A stretch of DNA of 53,357 nucleotides. Origin: Chthoniobacteraceae bacterium (lineage in GTDB: Bacteria; Verrucomicrobiota; Verrucomicrobiia; Chthoniobacterales; Chthoniobacteraceae). The position numbers and the translations under genes were made by a program. The DNA lies in NCBI GenBank assembly GCA_040081625.1, contig JBEBGD010000029.1:1-53357 (forward strand). Direction: 5' to 3'. The notes below the pieces were generated by a model that was given only the letters and a program-made list of their open reading frames with translations, was not told the DNA's origin and searched no databases. This document shows, in pieces, positions 41,031-48,902 of this stretch (its first letter is position 1; every line of letters starts with the position of its first letter).

Positions 41031-41073
41031 GTTGCTCGCCGAGTATCAGGCTCGCAGTCGCACGGCGCGATGA
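40714..41073 (+). pseudogene. Internally deleted sulfatase paralog (signal peptide fused in frame to the C-terminal ~100 aa)
   Basis: MKHLLLLILALGAVA joined directly to PSRKANLALRRDRWLYIGARGGGG...QLYDLAADP; no CxPxR catalytic core. Confidence 0.85.
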
Positions 41074-41302
41074 TCCCGCGCGAACGTGTAGGGCGGCCTT
41101 TCGGGTGCCCGACCACTTTCCGGGAACGCGTCGCGCGCTGATGGGGCGGTGGAAATGCCCCGGTTTCCTACGCCCCGCCGGGCCTTTACCGATCAACGTC
41201 TGTCTGCTGCTTGCCGGTGGCGCCCGTCACGCGATGGAATCCGGGAGGACAATCATTATTTCGTTTCCACCAACCGGCGCCTGACGCGGTATTCTCCTTC
41301 CT

Positions 41303-42241
41303 ATGAAAATGTTCCTTCTTCTCCTCCTTTTTGGTGTCCTGTGTCTCCCGCGGTTGAATGGCGCTGAAGCCGCGGCGAAAGCAGCCGCCCTACGCACCGT
41401 GATTCCCGCCGAAACGCTCGCGCAACTCGAGGCTCACACCAACATCACTTTCGCGCGTTACGGTGACCGGGAGCTTCATCTGGATCTCTACCGGCCGAAG
41501 GAACGCGGAACGGCCTTGCCGGCGATTGTCTGCATCCACGGCGGCGGCTGGTTTCAGGGCACGCGCACGAGCATGGCGCCTCTCGCGCAAGCTCTGGCGG
41601 CTCGCGGTTTCGTCACGGCTACGATCAGCTACCGGTTGTCGGGCGAAAAAATCTTCCCGGCACAGATCGAGGATTGCAAGGCGGCCGTCCGCTGGCTGCG
41701 CGCCAACGCCAAGGAGATGGGCATCGATCCGAAAGCAATCGGAGTGACGGGCCTGTCCGCGGGCGGACATCTCGCGGCGTTGCTCGCCACGAGTGGCGGC
41801 GTGGCGCACCTCGAAGGGAACGGAGGGAACGCGAGCGAGTCGAGTTCGGTGCAGGCAGGCGTGGCGATGGGCGCACAGAGCGACCTGGAAACGGACCGTA
41901 TCCGCACCCTCTCGAACGCGCCGGAAAATCCGCACTACCGTCCGTTCCTCGGCGGCTCGCTCGATGCGATTCCACAAACCTACGCGCTCGCCTCACCGCG
42001 TCACCATCTCGACAAATCCGATCCGCCGCTCGTTTTCGTAACGGGTGAGCTCGATGATCCCAGCACGCACGCGGACGAGGCCCGTGAAGACCTGAAGCGG
42101 CTCGGCATCGAGACCGGCCTGACCCTCATCCCTCAAGGTCCGCACGCGTTCCTGGGACAGCAGCGCAACTTCGATCTCGCGGTGCGAACGTGCGCGGAGT
42201 TTTTCGGCAAACATCTCAAGGGAACCGCAAACTCGCGGTAA
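41303..42241 (+). CDS. Exported alpha/beta hydrolase (HSL-like carboxylesterase / carbohydrate esterase candidate)
   Basis: Signal peptide; LDLYRP; IHGGGW; GLSAGGHLA nucleophile; GELD; GPH. Confidence 0.9.
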   Translation: MKMFLLLLLFGVLCLPRLNGAEAAAKAAALRTVIPAETLAQLEAHTNITFARYGDRELHLDLYRPKERGTALPAIVCIHGGGWFQGTRTSMAPLAQALAARGFVTATISYRLSGEKIFPAQIEDCKAAVRWLRANAKEMGIDPKAIGVTGLSAGGHLAALLATSGGVAHLEGNGGNASESSSVQAGVAMGAQSDLETDRIRTLSNAPENPHYRPFLGGSLDAIPQTYALASPRHHLDKSDPPLVFVTGELDDPSTHADEAREDLKRLGIETGLTLIPQGPHAFLGQQRNFDLAVRTCAEFFGKHLKGTANSR

Positions 42242-42263
42242 AACACCCGGTCCCGTTCATCTC

Positions 42264-43640
42264 ATGAAATCGATCGCCCTGCTCCTCGCCTGCCTGAGTC
42301 TGACCCTCGCTCCATGTTTCGCCGCCGAGGCGACGAAGCCCAACATCGTCATCATCGTTGCCGACGATCTCGGCTATGCGGATGTGCTGTTCAATCCGCA
42401 GCACCCGAAGGAAGTCACGACGCCGAATCTCCACGCGCTCGCGAAGGAGAGCGTCATCTGCCGGCAGGGCTACGTGAGCGGCCATGTGTGCTCGCCGACG
42501 CGCGCGGGGCTGATGACGGGGCGCTATCAGCAGCGGCTCGGGCTCTACACCGGCGGCGAGGCGGGCAGCGGATTGCCGATGAGCGAGAAGATCTTCCCGC
42601 AGCATTTCAAGCCGGCGGGCTACGCGACGGCGCAGTTTGGAAAATGGCATCTCGGCCCGACGCCGGAGTGGAGCCCGGCGCTGCGCGGGTTCGATGAAGT
42701 GTTCGGCTTCCTCGGCCGCGGCGCGCACGATTATTTCAAGCTGAACGACCCGAACGATCCGATCTATCGCGGCACGACTCCGGTGGAGGAGACGGGCTAT
42801 CTCACCGACCGACTTGGCGAGGAAGCGGCGGCGTTCATCACGCGGAGAAAGTCGAAACCGTTCCTCGTGTATCTCGCGTTCAACGCCGTCCACGCGCCGC
42901 TGCAGGCGCCGGCGGATGAGATCGCGAAGTTCAACACCGGCGACACCAATCGCGACACGCTGCTCGCGATGGGCAAGCGGATGGACGACGCGATCGGGAA
43001 GGTCGTCGCGACGCTGAAGGCCGAGGGCGTGTGGGAGAACACGCTGCTCTTTTTCACGAGCGACAACGGCGGCCCGCTCGCGCAGACGGCGGTGAACACC
43101 CCGTTGCGCGGCGGCAAACATCAGGACTACGAGGGCGGCATCCGCGTTCCGTTTCTCGTGTGCTGGCCGGCGAAGCTGAAGGCCGGGGAGAGTCAGGCCG
43201 TGGTCAGTTCGCTCGACTTTCTCCCGACCGCGCTCGCCGCCGCGGGCCTGCCCGCGCCCGCCGACAGGGCGCTCGATGGGATCGATCTCCTGCCGGTCTT
43301 GCGCGGCGGGAAGCCGGCGTCCGCGCGAGACTTGTTCTGGTGCTCCGGCAGCGACGAAGGCTGGTGGGCAGTGCGTTCGGGCGATTGGAAAGTCGTGAGT
43401 GAGAAGGGTCGCGTGGGATTGTTCGACCTGGGCACGGACGTGTCCGAGAAGAACGATCTCGCCGCGGCGATGCCGGAGAAAGTCGCGGAACTCACGAAGC
43501 TCCACGACGCCTGGCTCGGGGTGATGGCGGACCCGGTCAAAGCGGGAGCGAAGAAGCAGACCGCGGGCATGCCCGTGCCGGTGAAGAAGAAGAAACGCAC
43601 GCCGGAGCAGAAAAAGAAAAAGGCGCAGGAGCAGAATTGA
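42264..43640 (+). CDS. Cys-type (formylglycine-dependent) sulfatase, exported
   Basis: PNIVIIVADDLGY, CSPTRAGLMTGRY, GKWHLG, SDNG, YEGGIRVP. Confidence 0.95.
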   Translation: MKSIALLLACLSLTLAPCFAAEATKPNIVIIVADDLGYADVLFNPQHPKEVTTPNLHALAKESVICRQGYVSGHVCSPTRAGLMTGRYQQRLGLYTGGEAGSGLPMSEKIFPQHFKPAGYATAQFGKWHLGPTPEWSPALRGFDEVFGFLGRGAHDYFKLNDPNDPIYRGTTPVEETGYLTDRLGEEAAAFITRRKSKPFLVYLAFNAVHAPLQAPADEIAKFNTGDTNRDTLLAMGKRMDDAIGKVVATLKAEGVWENTLLFFTSDNGGPLAQTAVNTPLRGGKHQDYEGGIRVPFLVCWPAKLKAGESQAVVSSLDFLPTALAAAGLPAPADRALDGIDLLPVLRGGKPASARDLFWCSGSDEGWWAVRSGDWKVVSEKGRVGLFDLGTDVSEKNDLAAAMPEKVAELTKLHDAWLGVMADPVKAGAKKQTAGMPVPVKKKKRTPEQKKKKAQEQN

Positions 43641-43670
43641 TCCGGCCGGTTGCATCGCGATTCTTGCGCC

Positions 43671-45053
43671 ATGCCCACCTCCCGCCTAAGCACGCTCCGC
43701 CTCGCTGCTCTCATCGGTCTGCTTTCCTTCGCCGCCCGGGCTGCGGAGAAACCGAACATCGTCTTCATCTTCGCCGATGACTGGGGCTGGGGGGATCTGG
43801 GCTGTCACGGGCATCCGTATGTTAAGACGCCGAACCTCGACCGGCTTGCTCGCGAGGGGACGGACTTCCGGCAGTTCACCGTCGCCAGTGGCGTCTGCTC
43901 GCCGAGCCGGGCGGCTGTGTTGACCGGACAGTTTCCTGCGCGGCACAGCATTCATGGGCACTTCGCCACGGTGCAGAGTCATGTGCAGCGCGGCATGCCG
44001 GACTGGCTCGATCCGAAGGCGGTGATGCTGCCGCGCCTGTTGCAGCAGGCGGGCTACGCCACCGCGCACTACGGCAAGTGGCACCTCAGCAACACCATGG
44101 TGGCGGACTCTCCGCGTCCTCTCGAATACGGCTACGATGCTTACGGCGCCTTCAACTGCTCCGGCCCGCAAATGCCGGTGCATGACGATGTGAAGAACTC
44201 GATCGCCTTCATCGAGAAAAGCCACGCGGCGCGAACGCCGTTCTTCATCAATCTCTGGATGCATGAGCCGCACACGCCGCATTATCCCAAGCCGGAGTAT
44301 CTCGAAAAGTTCGCCCATCTCACGAACGAAGCCGACCGCATTTACGCCGCCGTGCTGGCGCACGCGGACGCGCGCATCGGCGAGTTGCTCGCGGCGCTGG
44401 AACGGCTCCGCGTCAGTGACAACACCCTCGTCGTCTTCAGCGCTGACAACGGCCCCGAGAACACCGGGCCCGCGAGCCGGCGAGTGACCGAGGACGAATC
44501 GACCGGTCCCGGCCTCGGCAGCTTCGCTTCCGTCGGCACCACCGGCGGGCATCGCGGTCGGAAGCGGTCGCTGCTTCAAGGAGGCATCGGTGTGCCATTC
44601 ATCGCCCGATGGCCGGGGAAGATTCCCGCTGGAAAAATCGACGCTGCCACACCGATCACCGCCGTCGATTTGCTGCCCACGTTTTGCGCGCTTGCGGAAG
44701 CGAAACTGCCGGATGGATACCAACCCGATGGCGTTGACCAGACCGCAGCGTTGCTTGGAAAACCGAACCCGCGGCGAATCAGGCCGATCTTCTGGCAATG
44801 GACGACCGCTACGAAAACCGGCGACAACTGGCCCGCGCTCGCGGTGCGCGAAGGCGACGGAAAATTGCTGCTCAGCCGGGACGCGCAGCGGGTGGAGTTG
44901 TTCCGCCTCCCGGAGGATGGATTTGAGAAAACCAACCTGAGCCAACAGGAAGCCGCCGAAGTCATGCGGCTGAAGGCGCGCCTCGATACTTGGACGGCAA
45001 CGCTGCCGAAACAGCCCGCCATGAACTGTCTTTCATCAGAGCGGACGAGATGA
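43671..45053 (+). CDS. Cys-type sulfatase, exported
   Basis: PNIVFIFADDWGWGD, CSPSRAAVLTG, GKWHL, ADNG; start ATG 43671. Confidence 0.95.
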   Translation: MPTSRLSTLRLAALIGLLSFAARAAEKPNIVFIFADDWGWGDLGCHGHPYVKTPNLDRLAREGTDFRQFTVASGVCSPSRAAVLTGQFPARHSIHGHFATVQSHVQRGMPDWLDPKAVMLPRLLQQAGYATAHYGKWHLSNTMVADSPRPLEYGYDAYGAFNCSGPQMPVHDDVKNSIAFIEKSHAARTPFFINLWMHEPHTPHYPKPEYLEKFAHLTNEADRIYAAVLAHADARIGELLAALERLRVSDNTLVVFSADNGPENTGPASRRVTEDESTGPGLGSFASVGTTGGHRGRKRSLLQGGIGVPFIARWPGKIPAGKIDAATPITAVDLLPTFCALAEAKLPDGYQPDGVDQTAALLGKPNPRRIRPIFWQWTTATKTGDNWPALAVREGDGKLLLSRDAQRVELFRLPEDGFEKTNLSQQEAAEVMRLKARLDTWTATLPKQPAMNCLSSERTR

Positions 45054-45273
45054 AGGCGTTCAACTGTCAGCGCACCGAGCCGGCCAAATGGAACGGCGAT
45101 ATTCCTTCTTTCCATCGCGTCGCCTGGCAGGTCCCCGGCGATCGTTGATCGAATCATCGTCGCCACGAAGGACCCAGGAATCGGCACGCGTTTCGCACTC
45201 CCCGAACCCGGCACTCTCCAATCGCCCGGATTCGCGGTGACGGCGGGCTTTCCCGCGAATAACCTGCCTTCCC

Positions 45274-46416
45274 ATGCCTGCATTCTCCGATCCCTTCCGC
45301 GACGCGCGCAAAGACTCCGGCGTGCTCCAGTGCCCGTTTCATGGCGAGAACATCACCATGATTCTGCGCCACGAAGACGTGCGGCGCGCGGCGAAGGACT
45401 GGCAGACATTCAGCTCGGATGCGCCGTTCCGCGTGCCGATCCCGAGCGAAGAGGAGGTGCGCACGATGCGCCAGCTCCCGATCGAAACGAACCCGCCCGA
45501 GCACACGGAGTATCGCGAGATCGTCGAGCCGTTCTTCCAGCGGGCAAAAGATCCCGCGATGATCGCGCAGGTCGAGGCGCTGATCGACGGGATGCTCGTG
45601 CAGGCGCTCGCGCGCGAGTCGATCGAGATCGTGAATGAATTCGCGCTGCCGGTGCAGTCTCGCGCGCTCACGTATCTGCTCAACGTGCCGGAGTCCGAGG
45701 CTGAGACGTGGATCGGCTGGGGCATCCACGTTTTCAAAGTCACCGGCGGCGAGTTTAAAAGCGGCAACGTGCTCGAGGAGTATCTGCGCGCGCAGTTCGA
45801 CCGCGCGGAGGTGAATCCGGGCCCGGACTTTTTCAGCGCGCTGGTGCAGGCGGACTTCCGCGGGCGCAAGCTCACACGCGAGGAGTGCATGGGCTTCGCG
45901 AACCTCGCCTTCGCCGGCGGGCGCGACACGATCATCCACACGATCTCGTGTGCGCTCGGCTATCTGGCGGAGAAGCCCGAGGCGCTGGAGTGGCTGCGCG
46001 CGGACCCGAAGCGGATCACGCTCGCGAGCGAGGAGTTCTTCCGCGTTTTCATGCCGCTCACGCACATCGGCCGCGTCTGCCCGCACGACACGGACGTGAA
46101 CGGCGTGACGGTGAAGGCCAACGAGCGCATTTCGCTCTGCTGGTCGTCGGCGAATCTCGACGAGGCCGCCTTCCCCGAGCCGCACGACATTCGGCTCGAC
46201 CGGAAGCCGAATCCGCACATCGCCTTCGGTTTCGGCACGCACCTCTGCCTCGGCGCGCCGCACGCGCGGCTCATCCTGCGCACGCTGCTGCAAAAGTGCG
46301 TCGAGCGCGTCGGGCGGATTGAAATTCTAAAAGCCGACGAGCACGTGGAGCACGAGGCGAAATACGATCGCACGATCGGCTATGACGCGCTGGTCGTGAA
46401 GCTCGCGCCGCGCTGA
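45274..46416 (+). CDS. Cytochrome P450, CYP236-like (sugar O-demethylase candidate)
   Basis: Haem ligand FGFGTHLCLG; I-helix FAGGRDT; ExxR 'EEFFR'; segments 'QSRALTYLLNVP', 'ETWIGWGIHVF' and 'RISLCWSSAN' resemble CYP236A as recalled. Confidence 0.9.
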   Translation: MPAFSDPFRDARKDSGVLQCPFHGENITMILRHEDVRRAAKDWQTFSSDAPFRVPIPSEEEVRTMRQLPIETNPPEHTEYREIVEPFFQRAKDPAMIAQVEALIDGMLVQALARESIEIVNEFALPVQSRALTYLLNVPESEAETWIGWGIHVFKVTGGEFKSGNVLEEYLRAQFDRAEVNPGPDFFSALVQADFRGRKLTREECMGFANLAFAGGRDTIIHTISCALGYLAEKPEALEWLRADPKRITLASEEFFRVFMPLTHIGRVCPHDTDVNGVTVKANERISLCWSSANLDEAAFPEPHDIRLDRKPNPHIAFGFGTHLCLGAPHARLILRTLLQKCVERVGRIEILKADEHVEHEAKYDRTIGYDALVVKLAPR

Positions 46417-46426
46417 CGCTGCGCGA

Positions 46427-47263
46427 TCAGCGGCGCTGGCGGTATTCGCTCGGGCTGAGACCGACCCAGCGTTTGAAGGCGCGAGAGAAGACGAGCGCGC
46501 TGTCGTAGCCGACTTCGGGCGCGATTGCTTCAAGCTTGTCGGCCGTCTTTTCGAGAAGCTCCTGCGCGCGCTGAATGCGGATGGACGTGAGATGCTGCAT
46601 CGGGCTGCGGCCCAGTTCGCGGAGGCACAGGCGGCGCAAGTGCTCGGGGCTGACGTGCGCGCGGCGGGCGATCGTGGCGAGCGACCAGTCGGCGGCGAGA
46701 TTCGCGGCGACCTCGGTCCACAGTGCGCCGAGCCGGTCGTTGTTGCGCCACGGCTGCGCGAGCCGGCGGGTGCTCGCGTGCAGCAGGCTCACCCAATGAT
46801 GAATCATTTGCGGGTCGCGGGCGCCTTCCCACTCCGCGCGCAGCCCGGCGACGATGCGCGCGATTTCTCCCGCACCACTCGCCGCGCGCACCGGCGAGCC
46901 CGCGCCCACCAGCGGGTTCACCCAAGGCGGCTCGTCGTAGCGCACCCATGCGAAGCACCAGCTTTGGGTCGGGGTCGCGTGAAATGAATTCGGCACGCGC
47001 GGTGGCGCCATGCACACCGCGCCCGCGCCGAGGCGTTGCCAGCGACCATCGAGCAGGATGCGCCCGCGGCCTTCCACGCAGTCGAGGAAGAAGCTGCCTT
47101 CGGGCCGCAGCCGCACGCGGCGGTAAGGCGCGCGCGCTTCATCGAAGCCGAGCCGCGCGATGCGGCACGCCGCGAGTTCCGCGCAGTCCTTCGCCTCGAT
47201 GAACCAGCGCCGCGTGCGCGGGCCGTCGATGGTGGTCTCGGTGAGTGGCGTGGTTTCTGCCAT
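46427..47263 (-). CDS. AraC family transcriptional regulator
   Basis: Cupin-like N-terminal part; 'HVSPEHLRRL..RELGRSP'; 'IAPEVGYDSALVFSRAFKRWVGLSPSEYR'; start ATG 47263; divergent from the sulfatase. Confidence 0.93.
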   Translation of the reverse strand: MAETTPLTETTIDGPRTRRWFIEAKDCAELAACRIARLGFDEARAPYRRVRLRPEGSFFLDCVEGRGRILLDGRWQRLGAGAVCMAPPRVPNSFHATPTQSWCFAWVRYDEPPWVNPLVGAGSPVRAASGAGEIARIVAGLRAEWEGARDPQMIHHWVSLLHASTRRLAQPWRNNDRLGALWTEVAANLAADWSLATIARRAHVSPEHLRRLCLRELGRSPMQHLTSIRIQRAQELLEKTADKLEAIAPEVGYDSALVFSRAFKRWVGLSPSEYRQRR

Positions 47264-47372
47264 GAGTGGGACCGAGTATGCCGCGCGCTTTCCGCCGCAC
47301 GAAGGTGGATTTTCGTCGGCTGCGAACAACGGAAAAGTCTGCGACGGTGCGGTCCTCCCGATCGTCCTTCAG

Positions 47373-48875
47373 ATGAAACTTCTCCTCCTGCTCATCCTCG
47401 CACTCGGCGCCGTCGCATCGGCGGAAACGCCCAACATCGTCCTCATCTTCGTCGATGATCTCGGCTACGGTGACGTGGGATGTTACGGCGCGACAAAGGT
47501 GAAGACGCCGAACATCGACCGCCTCGCCGCGGAAGGACGGCGCTTCACCGACGCGCACTCGGCGTCCGCGGTCTGCACGCCGTCGCGCTACGCGCTGCTC
47601 ACGGGCGAGTATCCCTTTCGTAAGAACCACTGGGGGCCGGTGATGAACGCGAGCCCGCTGGTGATCGATCCGGCGCGCATGACCATCGCGAGCCTGCTCA
47701 AACGCGAGGGTTACGCGACGGCCTGCTTCGGCAAATGGCACCTCGGTTTCGGCAGCCGGCAAAAGCCGGACTGGAATGCCGAGCTCAAGCCCGGGCCGCT
47801 TGAGCTGGGCTTCGATCACTTCTTCGGCATCCCCGTGGTAAACAGCCACCCACCCTTTGTCTGGGTGGAAGATCGTCGCGTGGTCGGGCTCAATCCCGCC
47901 GATCCGCTGCGCTACGGCGGCACTCCGCCGACGCAGATTTTCCCGGAAAAGATGATGACGCCCGCGATCTCTGGCGGGCAGGCGGCGCACGACCTCTACC
48001 GAGACGAGGAAGTGGGCGCGACGCTCACGGAAAAAGTGCTCTCGTGGATGCGGGCGCACGCGAAGCGGCCGTTTTTTCTCTACTTCTCCACGCCGCACAT
48101 TCACCACCCGTTCACGCCCGGCCCGCGGTTCAAAAGCACGAGCGAGTGCGGCCGCTATGGCGACTTCATCCACGAACTCGACTGGATGGTCGGCGAAGTG
48201 ATGCGCACGCTCGATGAACTCACGCTGCGCGACAACACGCTCGTCATCTTCACCAGTGACAATGGTGGCATGCTGAATGTCAGCGGCCAGGAAGCGTGGA
48301 AGGCCGGGCACCGGCTGAATGGGGATCTGCTCGGGTTCAAGTTCGACGCGTGGGAAGGCGGGCATCGCGTGCCTTTCATCGCGCGCTGGCCAGGGAAGAT
48401 CGAAGCGGGCTCGGTGTCCGAACAGCTCATCTGCAATGTGGACCTGCTCGCCACCTTTGCCGCACTCACCGGCGCGAAGCTCTCCGCCGCGGACGGACCG
48501 GATAGCTTGAACATCCTGCCCGCGCTGACCGGCACGCCGGACCAGCCGATCCGCGACCGCGCGGTCTTCGCGCCGAACAAAAAAGAGAACCTCGCGCTCC
48601 GTCACGGCCGGTGGCTCTACATCGGAGCGCGCGGCGGCGGCGGCTTCGGCGGAAAACGGCCCGGCGAACATCTGCTCGGCGGCGCGGCTGCGTTGAAATT
48701 CGCCGGGCAGGCAAACAACGACGTGGGCGATGGCCGCTACATGCCCGACGCGCCCGACGCGCAGCTCTACGATCTCGCCGCCGACCCGCGTCAGGCGCGC
48801 AATGTCATTCGCGAACATCCAGAGGTCGCCGCACGGCTGAAGGCCGAACTCGCCGCATCCGTGGCCGGCCATTGA
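47373..48875 (+). CDS. Cys-type arylsulfatase-family sulfatase, exported
   Basis: Signal peptide; PNIVLIFVDDLGYGD; CTPSRYALLTG; GKWHLG; TSDNG; WEGGHRVPF; start ATG 47373. Confidence 0.95.
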   Translation: MKLLLLLILALGAVASAETPNIVLIFVDDLGYGDVGCYGATKVKTPNIDRLAAEGRRFTDAHSASAVCTPSRYALLTGEYPFRKNHWGPVMNASPLVIDPARMTIASLLKREGYATACFGKWHLGFGSRQKPDWNAELKPGPLELGFDHFFGIPVVNSHPPFVWVEDRRVVGLNPADPLRYGGTPPTQIFPEKMMTPAISGGQAAHDLYRDEEVGATLTEKVLSWMRAHAKRPFFLYFSTPHIHHPFTPGPRFKSTSECGRYGDFIHELDWMVGEVMRTLDELTLRDNTLVIFTSDNGGMLNVSGQEAWKAGHRLNGDLLGFKFDAWEGGHRVPFIARWPGKIEAGSVSEQLICNVDLLATFAALTGAKLSAADGPDSLNILPALTGTPDQPIRDRAVFAPNKKENLALRHGRWLYIGARGGGGFGGKRPGEHLLGGAAALKFAGQANNDVGDGRYMPDAPDAQLYDLAADPRQARNVIREHPEVAARLKAELAASVAGH

Positions 48876-48902
48876 CATAAACCCGGCCCGCCAACTTACT
48901 CC

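Noticed and set aside
40486..41196. N-terminal extension of the 1239-aa propeller ORF
   Set aside because: Antisense to the sulfatase remnant and promoter; a good signal peptide starts at GTG 40485
45050..45148. 32-codon ORF coupled (ATGA) to the sulfatase stop
   Set aside because: Too short, no motif, atypical codons; could be a gene stub but is unsupported
48872..48900. Perfect TTGACA upstream of the MMPL gene
   Set aside because: It overlaps the sulfatase stop codon and has no convincing -10 at 16-18 nt; not called as a promoter
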